A stretch of DNA of 64,000 nt from an uncultured Fibrobacteria bacterium (GTDB lineage: Bacteria > Fibrobacterota > Fibrobacteria > UBA11236): the NCBI GenBank assembly GCA_963716395.1, contig OY970309.1, positions 2,752,001-2,816,000 on the forward strand, in the 5' to 3' direction. The position numbers and the translations under genes are program-made. The notes under the pieces are model-generated. The model was not told the origin of the DNA and ran no database searches. It worked only from the letters and a program-made list of their open reading frames with translations. Below are positions 19,422-28,868 of the stretch, piece by piece (the first letter of the stretch is position 1; every line of letters starts with the position of its first letter).

Positions 19422-22400
19422 ATGAAAATATGGATGGTGGGCCTGGCCCTTTCTCTTTTCGCCCTGCAAGGGGCTTTGGCCTGTGGAACCAACGGCGACA
19501 CGGTGATCAACGTTCTGGCACTCGCCGGTTATGTCAGTGGAACCAATTCCGGAACCCTGAACCCGGCCACGGCCTTGAACTCCCTCTTATCGACGTCGGG
19601 TTGCACCGACACCTCGTTGACGATCCATTTGCGTTCTACGGTCGACACCCTCAAGTTACACGGTCCCATCATGGTGGCCCGCACCAACGGCAATGGGCGC
19701 ATCACCAGTTTTGTGGGCGAAGTGGGATTGGCTTCTCCGTATCGCTCACTAATTATTGTGGAAGACAGTTCGACGGCACCCACCGCCAATGGCGGACAGG
19801 GCTATTTATTCGATGCCACCAGCCCGGTGCAATTATCCGGATTCACGGTGCTGCGCATGGTGAACAGCCCCACGCTGAGACTACCCGCCATCATGTTGCG
19901 AGGCGGCAAGGGATCGATGGTTTCGGGTTGCCAATTCTGGTTGCAAGACGTCACGACCGCGAGTTACCCTCCGCCGTCATTGATCGAAATCAAATCCGAC
20001 AGCGTTTTGATCGAGCGCAGCCTGTTTCGTTCTCCGGCCGGCGGCACGGGGTATGGAACCGCCATTTTCGACTCCAGCAGCGGGACCAAGGTCGAAATTC
20101 GCGCCGACGTCTTCAACAATACCGGTGTGGTCGTGGGGGCCGGTCAATTCCACCTCTACGCCAACACCTTCGTGGGCACGCGCGATCGATATTCTCCGGT
20201 GGTCGTCTTTGACGCCACGGTCCCCAACGCCGATTCGGCCAATATTCAGCACAATCTGTTCGCGGTGCAGAACGACACCTTGCCCCCCATCGATTTTCGC
20301 GGAACTCCGGTGCCCTCCTCGGCGCCGAATGTGATATACAATGCTTGGACAAGTTCCCGCGACTCTTTGGAGTTGACGATGAGTGGGGCCGGGCCTTATA
20401 GCGAGGTTACATCCAGCCTGATTAACAACATTTTGATGCCCAAAGGCTTTTCCAATTACGGCGCCGCCGTGGCGGTGAAAGATTATCCCTTGGTAGAGTT
20501 ATCCAGCAATCCCACTTTGTCGCCTTCAGACCCGACCTTCGGAGAGTTGGCGAAAATTTACGCCGGGTATCCACATTCTTTATCCCACGGCCAGGCTTTC
20601 CCCGAAATCGATTCGGATTTGACGGCCGCTAAATTGTTTTTCCCCAACAACTTTCAACCCTACGTCTCCACCCCCACCTGGGGTGACAATGACATCAAGG
20701 TCGGTGCCTTCAGCGCGGTCGATGCTAACGATCCGCGGCCCAGCCCTATCAATCTACGGGCCCACAACCCCTCCGAGGCCACAAGCCTGCACTTCGCACC
20801 CCTGTCCGGTGACCCGACCAAGATCAGCCAAATCACACGCGTCTTCGATACCAGTTATTACGGAGCGTTTTTCGCGCCCAATCTTCGACTCTATTTTTTC
20901 AGCCCCACCCGCACCGACTTGAACGCCGCCGACTCCACTTCGCTGAAAACCGCCACCTCCAACGATTATACCGGCATCACCGGCGGATGCTGCGCTTCGC
21001 CCGATACCGTGAGTGTACCCCGGCAGGCGCGCGTGGCCGTGGCGCCCGGGCAAACCGAAACCCTGTATCTCAAGCTGTTGCACTACAACGGCACGGGTCA
21101 GGCGGTGATTGAAGACCCCAACGCCGTGGTGGACACCGTAACCGCGGTGCCGGCCTACCCGTTCAATGATTTGACCCTGAGCTATCTCGACACTACCGGC
21201 TTGGCCTCGGGGCAGGTGACTCTAAACGTCGCGCTGGGGAAAGAAGCGCCGGATTCGATTCGCGTCTATGAATTGGATGCCTCCAATGCGGTGGTCGACT
21301 CTTCGGTGCCGGCCCATGCCGTAACCGGGTCAAAGACCTTCGCCTTCAACAATGTGCCGGCTGGTCTGTATCATTTCGCTGCCGTGCCCATCGGCCTGGG
21401 CCGCCTCGGCGTGAAAACCGCCGGCGCCATCACGGCGGCCAAATTCTTCCGGCAAATCACCGGCGATACCGTGTATGTGAGCATTCCGGCGGGCACCTGT
21501 CCAACTGGCGCCAATGGTTCGGCCCAGTCGCCGTATTGCACCCTGGCCGCCGGGCTGAGTTATTTGCAAAGTCTTTCCCAAGGCGTATTGATCATCGATG
21601 CGGCCAGCCAGCCCATTCAAGACGCCGTCATTGCCACGGGAAGCGGCCCCAGCGGCAGTCTGACCATTACCTCGATGGTGGATACCTCCGGCAAATTCCC
21701 TCTGAACCGGCCGATTTTCTCCGACAGTACCGGCGGCGTGGCTTCGGCTTTGACCATCAGCCGTTCCAACGTGACTATTCAAGGCGTCGTTTTCCAAATG
21801 CCGCCTGCGACGAAGCAAGCCGCGGTGTCGGTTCAAACCGGAGGCACGGGCGTCGTGCTCGAAAGCAATTTGTTCCGTTCTACGTCGCGTTCCGGTTTGG
21901 TGGGCACCGCGCTCAGCCTGGGAGCGGCTTCGGGTCATGTTTCCAATAACGTATTCTGGGGCTTTTCCAAGGCCATCAATATCGCCAATGCTTCGCCGTC
22001 GTTCTGGATTACCGAAAACACCTTTCTCAATGATTCGGCCTTCACCGGTTTCGCCCAGGCTGCGGCCATCTCGGCCTCGGTTTCTGCCGTCGGCACCCGT
22101 ATCTTCCACAATTTTTTCGCCGATTACACCGCGCCCTTTGACGCTTCTTTCAAAGGGGGCACCGATACCCTGGCCGGCAATGTGTATACCGCCCCGGCCG
22201 ACGCCAATCTGCTGCAAGGGCATGTCGAGATTCGTCTTATGGCGACGGCCAATCCCATCCCGATCAAGGATCTCAGCGCCGCGAATTACGGCAAGAGCCT
22301 GAGCGATTCGGTGTTTTTACCCCTGGAAAATTGCAATCAACTCGTAGAATGCTCTCCCCTCTACGCCGGTGCCAATCCGGGCGCGTATGAATCCTCTTTG

Positions 22401-25205
22401 GGCTATACCGCGCCGGCCATCGACTTTTTCGGTAACTCGCGCCTGAGCGCCGGGCGCCCGGAAATCGGGGCGTATGAATTCCAGAACAAGGCCCATTCCG
22501 TACTCGGGCGATTGCAATTCACGGTGGGATTCGGCAATTCCTTTTCTCAGGCGAATGTGAATCTCTCTTCCATGAACATCGATTCCCTGGACGCCGATTC
22601 GGTGTCGGTATGGTGGTCGACGAATAAGTCCGACGTGTATTCCGCGGTGCCCAAGGCCAATCAATTGAGTTACCGCGTTGCCACCCTTGAAATAGGGGAC
22701 ACCATCCAAGGCAAGGCCTCTAATCTTTTGCCCAACGTGACCTATTGGTTCCACAGCCAACTCCTGAAGGTGGGTGCGGCCAGCGCCGGGTACATTTACA
22801 CCCAGTCGTTCCAAAGCGATTCGCTACTCACCTCGTCTTCCTGCGACTTGGCGACGACCAAGGGAGTTTGCCCTTCCGAGGCCGGAACCGAAGGGTATTT
22901 CATCGATACCACCAGCGGCCCCTTCAAAGGCTTGTACCGGACTCGCATCGTATTCAATACCGCGACTCCCGGCAACGGCACCGTACAGGCACCCATATTC
23001 TTGGTGCCCGATAGCAGCCGCTTACATGGGCTGACGGCGGCCGCCAATGCCCCCATGATTCGACTTCAGGTGCAAACGACCGGGAATATGGGGCAACCGC
23101 AGAGCAATGAGGGCTATCAGGTGACCGTGGTCGGGCTCTCGTCCCTATCCTCGACCTTGGCCGCCAACGACCTTTATTTACTGCCCTCGGCTTCGGGGGG
23201 ATTGCCGACCTATCTCAGCGATTGGTCGTTCGATACTACGGGAAACCTGACCATCCAACTGCACAGCCAGGGCACCTTGGATTTGGTGTTCGGGAAATTT
23301 CCGTCCACTGGCGGGGGAACCGTGGGGCCCGCCTCCACCAACCTTCAGACCTACGACTATGACGGCGTGGCCGCGCAAACCTTTAAATGGCCTTTGCAGG
23401 GCACTTCGTTCCGCACCGCAAATCCTCTGATTCTGGCCACGCCTGTGCCATGTGGGGGCGTGACCGGCAAAAGCGTGATTTCCAGTGCCTATCCCGTGCA
23501 GAGCGACCTGTTGTCTTCGGGCCTCATCGCGTCGGTGGGCGACAGTCTGAAATATGCGACCGCCCTTGCCTATTACCGCCGCGTCGTTTCCGCCGATTCC
23601 ACCGCGGCCTTTTTCGCCCATCAGAACAGGGCGTTTCACTTGAATGCCGTGGCCAGCGCGTCGGATCTTCAGGCGGCCGTGCAGGTGGACAGCCTGTCGA
23701 TGGACAATTCGGGAAACGCTTCACCCACGATGCAATTGACATTCGGAAAAACCTGGAAGTCGGTATCGGATCAGGCCACGCGCGGCGTCGAAGTGATTCT
23801 CACCGTCTTCGACGGGGGCGCCGTAAGCTATGGCCACGTCTTCTTGCAGACCAAGTTCAGTCAAGCGGATCTCGGGCCGCAGGATCAAACCGTTCAATAC
23901 CCTGTCCACCTATGGAATTTGTATACCTATCCCTGGCAGGAAGCGCCGGGCGGCGACATCTCCCGCGTGGTCGGTTCGAATTCGTTTAACCCTCCGAATC
24001 AAAAAGTGCTGAGCTATAAGGGTACGGGCGAAGGCCAAGACGCCTACACGGTTATCAACGCCACGACTTTTTCTTCCCTGACCATTGATTCCGGCCGCGC
24101 CTTCTGGAGCGGCAACGGCGACGCGCCTTACAAACCCAATACCGCCGGTGGATTTTCCCTGGACAACGGCGACTTTAGCCTGTCGCTGACCGCGGGGCAG
24201 TACAACGATTTCGGAACGCCTTTCAATTTTTCCGTGAAACTCCAGGATGTGCTCGACACCTCGGGCCTCGGGGCCGGCAACTTGGCCATTTACCGACTGG
24301 ACTATACCGGGGACAAGGCCGGATGGACGCGGATGGATGCGACGAAAAGTTCCTTGGGGGTCTTAAGCCCTTGGGTGGGATATACCGTCAAACCGGCCGC
24401 CGCCGTGAGTTTGAAATTCCCCTTGATCGACACGGCGCGGTCGACCACGCCGTTGGCCAAAAAAGCCGGGACAAATGCCGTGGCCTGGCAGGCTGATATC
24501 CAGGCGTCCGACGCGGCAGCCATCGCCACCTTGAGCTTGTCCAAAGGCGCGCGCGCGCAACAATACGGCGAAGCGCCGCAAGTTCCCGGCCAGACCTTTC
24601 GCATCGGTTTTGCTGCCGGGGGTGGCGATTCGCTGGCGAGCGAAATCGAAGATCCGGCCGCGGCCGGATTGCAAGGACATTGGCCGTTGGAGATCAAACC
24701 GCAAGACGGCTTTACGGGATTGGATTTGCAATTGCATCAAAGCACGGGCAAGACAGCGCTGTTTTTGGTGGAAACCATGAGCCGTCAGATCACGCCCTTG
24801 ACGGATTCGACCTTGCATCTCACCCCCGCCGACGTGTCGGGAGGGGACTACAACGTCGTGGCCGGTACGGCGCAATATGCCCAGGACTTCCTGAATTCGG
24901 TTCTAGGGGCTTACGATTTACGGCTGGTGAATTTTCCCAACCCGTTTACGGGTTCGACTTCGATTCGTTTCTCCTTGCCGTCGACCGTCGCGACGGTGGC
25001 GTACCGCCTGCGGGTGTTCGATTTCCAGGGGCGCCTGGTGTGGGAGAAGACTTGGAACGGCGGAGCCTCGTTGAATACGACCTGGGATGGCCGTAACCGG
25101 TTGGGCGAGATGGTTCCGGCCGGACAATACCATTTGCTGTTGGACGCCCAGCCCGAGGGTAAGCCGGCTTTCGAAGCCCGCCGCAAACTCATCAAGCTGG
25201 ATTGA
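19422..25205 (+). CDS. Large secreted/surface protein (~1927 aa): beta-helix modules and a C-terminal FlgD-Ig/T9SS-like sorting domain
   Basis: Signal peptide; NGSAQSPYCTLAAGL beta-helix cap; DFFGNSR...EIGAYE motif; C-terminal NFPNPF...VFDFQGRLV...WDGRN...AGQY. Confidence 0.8.
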   Translation: MKIWMVGLALSLFALQGALACGTNGDTVINVLALAGYVSGTNSGTLNPATALNSLLSTSGCTDTSLTIHLRSTVDTLKLHGPIMVARTNGNGRITSFVGEVGLASPYRSLIIVEDSSTAPTANGGQGYLFDATSPVQLSGFTVLRMVNSPTLRLPAIMLRGGKGSMVSGCQFWLQDVTTASYPPPSLIEIKSDSVLIERSLFRSPAGGTGYGTAIFDSSSGTKVEIRADVFNNTGVVVGAGQFHLYANTFVGTRDRYSPVVVFDATVPNADSANIQHNLFAVQNDTLPPIDFRGTPVPSSAPNVIYNAWTSSRDSLELTMSGAGPYSEVTSSLINNILMPKGFSNYGAAVAVKDYPLVELSSNPTLSPSDPTFGELAKIYAGYPHSLSHGQAFPEIDSDLTAAKLFFPNNFQPYVSTPTWGDNDIKVGAFSAVDANDPRPSPINLRAHNPSEATSLHFAPLSGDPTKISQITRVFDTSYYGAFFAPNLRLYFFSPTRTDLNAADSTSLKTATSNDYTGITGGCCASPDTVSVPRQARVAVAPGQTETLYLKLLHYNGTGQAVIEDPNAVVDTVTAVPAYPFNDLTLSYLDTTGLASGQVTLNVALGKEAPDSIRVYELDASNAVVDSSVPAHAVTGSKTFAFNNVPAGLYHFAAVPIGLGRLGVKTAGAITAAKFFRQITGDTVYVSIPAGTCPTGANGSAQSPYCTLAAGLSYLQSLSQGVLIIDAASQPIQDAVIATGSGPSGSLTITSMVDTSGKFPLNRPIFSDSTGGVASALTISRSNVTIQGVVFQMPPATKQAAVSVQTGGTGVVLESNLFRSTSRSGLVGTALSLGAASGHVSNNVFWGFSKAINIANASPSFWITENTFLNDSAFTGFAQAAAISASVSAVGTRIFHNFFADYTAPFDASFKGGTDTLAGNVYTAPADANLLQGHVEIRLMATANPIPIKDLSAANYGKSLSDSVFLPLENCNQLVECSPLYAGANPGAYESSLGYTAPAIDFFGNSRLSAGRPEIGAYEFQNKAHSVLGRLQFTVGFGNSFSQANVNLSSMNIDSLDADSVSVWWSTNKSDVYSAVPKANQLSYRVATLEIGDTIQGKASNLLPNVTYWFHSQLLKVGAASAGYIYTQSFQSDSLLTSSSCDLATTKGVCPSEAGTEGYFIDTTSGPFKGLYRTRIVFNTATPGNGTVQAPIFLVPDSSRLHGLTAAANAPMIRLQVQTTGNMGQPQSNEGYQVTVVGLSSLSSTLAANDLYLLPSASGGLPTYLSDWSFDTTGNLTIQLHSQGTLDLVFGKFPSTGGGTVGPASTNLQTYDYDGVAAQTFKWPLQGTSFRTANPLILATPVPCGGVTGKSVISSAYPVQSDLLSSGLIASVGDSLKYATALAYYRRVVSADSTAAFFAHQNRAFHLNAVASASDLQAAVQVDSLSMDNSGNASPTMQLTFGKTWKSVSDQATRGVEVILTVFDGGAVSYGHVFLQTKFSQADLGPQDQTVQYPVHLWNLYTYPWQEAPGGDISRVVGSNSFNPPNQKVLSYKGTGEGQDAYTVINATTFSSLTIDSGRAFWSGNGDAPYKPNTAGGFSLDNGDFSLSLTAGQYNDFGTPFNFSVKLQDVLDTSGLGAGNLAIYRLDYTGDKAGWTRMDATKSSLGVLSPWVGYTVKPAAAVSLKFPLIDTARSTTPLAKKAGTNAVAWQADIQASDAAAIATLSLSKGARAQQYGEAPQVPGQTFRIGFAAGGGDSLASEIEDPAAAGLQGHWPLEIKPQDGFTGLDLQLHQSTGKTALFLVETMSRQITPLTDSTLHLTPADVSGGDYNVVAGTAQYAQDFLNSVLGAYDLRLVNFPNPFTGSTSIRFSLPSTVATVAYRLRVFDFQGRLVWEKTWNGGASLNTTWDGRNRLGEMVPAGQYHLLLDAQPEGKPAFEARRKLIKLD

Positions 25206-25227
25206 ACGCAGGGAGGACGCGGGGCCG

Positions 25228-26292
25228 TCAGACCTCGGCGTACTCCTGAAATACCGCTACGAATTCCCGAAAACGCGTGTTGAAGGCATCGACCAGATCG
25301 GGGTCGAAATGCTTACCGCTGCTTTGATTGATGATATTGGCCGAGGTTTCCAAGGTAAAGGCGGGCTTGTAACACCGTTTCATGGTCAGGGCGTCGAACA
25401 CGTCGGCCACGGCGGCGATGCGTCCGATGATGGGAATCTCCTCGCCGCGCAGGTGGTCCGGGTATCCGCTGCCGTCCCATTTTTCGTGATGGGTGCGGGC
25501 CACGGTTTCGGCCATCTGCAGCACTTTGGAGTTCGCGTCTTTCAGAATCGATGACCCGATGCGCGTATGGCGCTTCATGATTTCGAATTCCTCGGCCGTC
25601 AGTTTCCCCGGCTTCAGCAGAATGTGATCCGGAATCCCGATTTTGCCGATGTCGTGCAACGGGCTGGCCTTGTGCAGCAGGGAGATCTCCTCCGGCGGCA
25701 GTCCGGATGCGCGGGCCAGGATTTCGCAGTACTTGCCGATGCGCAGCACATGGTTGCCGGTTTCATCGTCGCGGTATTCGGCTGCATGGCACAGGCATTG
25801 GAGGGTGTCGAAATGCGAACGCTCCAGGGCGTGCATCGCCTCCTGAATTTGTGACGTGCGTTCTTCGACCAGGTTTTCCAAACGTTGCTGATAGGTTTGC
25901 AATTCCGATTTCAAGCGTTTTTTTTCCAGCGCCTGATCGAGGCAATGCAACAACTGGTTCAATTGCACGGGCTTGATCAAAAAATCCGAGGCGCCGGCCC
26001 GCATGGCTTCGACCGCAGTATGCACGGCGGCTTGGGCTGTGATCAGTATGAATCCGATTTCCGGCCAGGTGCGGCGCACCTCATGCAACAAATCCAGGCC
26101 CGATCGTCCGGGCATGTTCATGTCGGAGAGCACGCAGTCGAAATCCGCTTTCCATAGGCATTCCAAAGCCGACTCGGCATCGCCGGCCGAGACGGTTTCG
26201 TATTCGTGGAATCCGAGATAATTGGAAACCACGCTGCAAATCGACGGCTCATCGTCGACGATGAGAATGCGGCCTTGCTTTTTTTCTTCCAT
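25228..26292 (-). CDS. Response regulator with HD-GYP phosphodiesterase domain (RpfG-like)
   Basis: REC (VDDE, SDMNMP), HDIGKIGIPD and HHEKWDGSGYP; likely ATG at 26292. Confidence 0.93.
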   Translation of the reverse strand: MEEKKQGRILIVDDEPSICSVVSNYLGFHEYETVSAGDAESALECLWKADFDCVLSDMNMPGRSGLDLLHEVRRTWPEIGFILITAQAAVHTAVEAMRAGASDFLIKPVQLNQLLHCLDQALEKKRLKSELQTYQQRLENLVEERTSQIQEAMHALERSHFDTLQCLCHAAEYRDDETGNHVLRIGKYCEILARASGLPPEEISLLHKASPLHDIGKIGIPDHILLKPGKLTAEEFEIMKRHTRIGSSILKDANSKVLQMAETVARTHHEKWDGSGYPDHLRGEEIPIIGRIAAVADVFDALTMKRCYKPAFTLETSANIINQSSGKHFDPDLVDAFNTRFREFVAVFQEYAEV

Positions 26293-26678
26293 AATTTTCC
26301 AGACGATTATCGGGCGACTGATTGTAGGGGATGCAACGGAGAATTCCCAGGAAAAAAAGGAAATCCGATCCGTCTCTTCTAAAAATCCAAAGTTCTTCGG
26401 CCGGTGGCGCCGACGTTCGTTCGTCCCGCGGCGCCTTTGCGACAAAAAATGCCAAGAGATTAGTGAAAGAGTTCTTGAAAACTTTCCCAATCGCGTAATG
26501 AAAGCTTCTCGTCTGCCGTGGATTTTTTGAGGGTCAGCAGACGTAACCCCAGGCAGATGATTCCAACCATGGCCAATAGCACGGCCTTGCGCATATCCCT
26601 AACGTATGCGGAGCGGAGAGCGCGGACCGGAGGAATCTTGAGGCGGTTCGGGTTCCGGATGCATGCGCTTGAAAATCC

Positions 26679-28532
26679 TCAATTCCGATAGACGAGATCC
26701 AGTTGGTTCTCGACCTTGGCCGCCTGGGGCAAATCGGTCAGCCATTGCTGGTATAAAGCCTTGAGCAGGTAGCCGTCGCCGAGCGCCACATTGGCGCGCG
26801 CTTTTTGCGCCAACGCGGCCGAATCGAGGTTTTGGGTTTGCAGGAGTTGGGCGATCACCGCGCCATGCTCGGCGTCGCGCACCGGCCCCCAAGCATCCGG
26901 CGGCTGCCGGAAACAGCGCAAAAGTTCCGGGCTGCTGTAACCGAAGACGGGTACATAGCCGTCGGAGGCCATCAAAACGGTACTGTCGAGTACGGCCATG
27001 CCGAGGCGAGGCGCAAAAGCGGTGGTTTGCGCCACGATTTGGGGGCGAAGGCTTTCCAAAGCCTGATGGCAGCGTTCGCGCTTTTTCGTACGCGCGAGAT
27101 CCGCCGCAATGGCCGCCTTGGCGCGTTCGAAATTCCGGCCGGCGGGGTATTGCGTGCCGCGGGCAAAGATGTAAATGCCTTCGTTGTTCTGCAGCACGTC
27201 GGAAACTTTTTCCTTGCGTTCATGCGGGCTGAAGGCGAACGACTCCACCCCTTGCAGATAATGCGTTCCCAGCGGGACCAAGTTGCCCTTGGCGAAGATG
27301 GGCGTAGTGTCCACCGCCAGACCGTGCTCTTTGGCCATGGCGTCGAGACCGTTTTTCTCGGCCTCGGCTTGCAGGCTTTGGGCGTAGTCGGTGAGGCTGT
27401 CGATGGTTTCGGTGCCGGCGGTGATCTTCAGTAGAATGTGGCTGACGTCGGCCTGCGGCACCGAGTCGACCAGACGCAGGGCGTTCAGTTTGATCACGTG
27501 GTAACCAAACCGGGTCAGCACGGGATCGGAAATCTCCCCGGGTTTCAGTTTGAAAACCGCGTCGGAGAAGGCCGGCACCCAGGTGCCGCGGGGTTGGAAT
27601 CCGCCCAGACGGCCGCCGCTGTCGGCGCTGGCCGAATCGTTGGAATAGCTTTTGGCCAGTTCGGCGAAACTCTCTCCGCCCAGGGCCCGCTGCTTCAACT
27701 CTTTGGCGAAGTTGAACATCAATTCGGTGTCTTGGATCGTGGGGCGGATGGGGATGCGCACATAGGGGAGTCGGGCTGCTTCATCGGGGAAATAAAAGCT
27801 GTCGGGACTGGCGTCGTAATGCGCCTTGAGCTCGGCATCGGAGAACTGATCCACCGCCACGGGGAATGAGTCGGCCGACACGGCGTAATAGCGGATGCGT
27901 CCCAGGTCTTCGCGGGTTTCCACGGTGAAGGCCTCTTCCAAATCCGTGCGGTGCAGTTGGGAGCGCAGCAGTTGCTGCAACTGCAATTGCGGCACGGTGG
28001 ACGACTTAAGCTGCTCTTCCATGGCCCGCATGCCGAGCCGGTCGTAGATCGAGTCTTGCGACAGCCAATTGCGATAGCGCAAAGTATCCAGGGTCGAATC
28101 GCGCAGGAACACGGGAACACGATCCGGGCCTTCATAGCGCGCGATGGCCTCGCCCACGTCCAGCGGATGCGTGAGCAGATATTCCTGCATTTCCTGCACC
28201 GAGGCGACGAGCCGGTAGGCGCTGAAAATCCGCTGGATCAGCAGCGACTTCACCTGGAACTGAAACAGGTTTTCCCGCAATTGGGCGAGTTCCACGCCTT
28301 CCGGGGCCTTGCCGGTCTGCATTTCCTGGGCGTTCATGTAATTGGTGAGTTCCTGCTGAAAGGATCCAGTGGAGATTTCTTCGCCGTCCACGCTGCCGAC
28401 GTAATCGCCGTGCACCCCGTAACCTTGGCGCGACGCGCCCACGCGGTCCATGAAGACGAGACCGAGCGCGACCAGGATGGTGGCCGCAATGACGACCCAC
28501 TTGGCGTGATTTTTCATCCACATGATGCTCAT
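26679..28532 (-). CDS. PpiD/SurA-like membrane-anchored parvulin PPIase
   Basis: N-terminal TM, SurA-N-like region, FAELAKSYSND...GGRLG, TRFGYHVIK, SHILLK; start near 28532 (MSIMWMK). Confidence 0.88.
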   Translation of the reverse strand: MSIMWMKNHAKWVVIAATILVALGLVFMDRVGASRQGYGVHGDYVGSVDGEEISTGSFQQELTNYMNAQEMQTGKAPEGVELAQLRENLFQFQVKSLLIQRIFSAYRLVASVQEMQEYLLTHPLDVGEAIARYEGPDRVPVFLRDSTLDTLRYRNWLSQDSIYDRLGMRAMEEQLKSSTVPQLQLQQLLRSQLHRTDLEEAFTVETREDLGRIRYYAVSADSFPVAVDQFSDAELKAHYDASPDSFYFPDEAARLPYVRIPIRPTIQDTELMFNFAKELKQRALGGESFAELAKSYSNDSASADSGGRLGGFQPRGTWVPAFSDAVFKLKPGEISDPVLTRFGYHVIKLNALRLVDSVPQADVSHILLKITAGTETIDSLTDYAQSLQAEAEKNGLDAMAKEHGLAVDTTPIFAKGNLVPLGTHYLQGVESFAFSPHERKEKVSDVLQNNEGIYIFARGTQYPAGRNFERAKAAIAADLARTKKRERCHQALESLRPQIVAQTTAFAPRLGMAVLDSTVLMASDGYVPVFGYSSPELLRCFRQPPDAWGPVRDAEHGAVIAQLLQTQNLDSAALAQKARANVALGDGYLLKALYQQWLTDLPQAAKVENQLDLVYRN

Positions 28533-28676
28533 GAGAACTCCGAAAGACCGCCTTTTCCAGCCCGGCGGCAGGGAAGTAAAGCTAATACCCGAAGCCGGGG
28601 CGGGGAAGTCCGGACCTGCCTGCGGCCGTTGGGCGCCGATGGAATCCTCGCGCCAGCGCGCTTTGCTAAATTCTTG

Positions 28677-28868
28677 CGAACCCATCTCGAAAGTCCGCGA
28701 AGGACAAAACCGTTGCGAGACCGGGGGTTCGGCTTGAAGCCGTCCCTTCACCGGCGGGCGCGTGCTGAACCTGTCCGCAGAAGTGTTCGCCCCGAAGGAT
28801 CGACTTCGAGCGGGCTTTCGGGGGGCCTTCTTTCGGGGGGCCTTAAACCCAGGAGGGTCGTTCGTCCC
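28677..28868 (+). promoter_or_regulatory. Structured 5' leader of nadB (candidate cis-regulatory RNA)
   Basis: Nested stems 28677-83/28725-31, 28685-89/28716-20 and 28693-96/28702-05; a 15-bp tandem repeat; an anti-SD that could pair with AGGAGG (28851-56); a TAAATT -10-like box at 28667. Confidence 0.35.
28815..28844. repeat. Perfect 15-bp tandem repeat CTTTCGGGGGGCCTT x2
   Basis: Read directly, just upstream of the nadB RBS. Confidence 0.9.

Noticed and set aside
19137-25205. tRNA-Glu as the integration site of a genomic island
   Set aside because: No integrase and no duplicated tRNA 3' end seen; the large gene lies on the 5' side of the tRNA.
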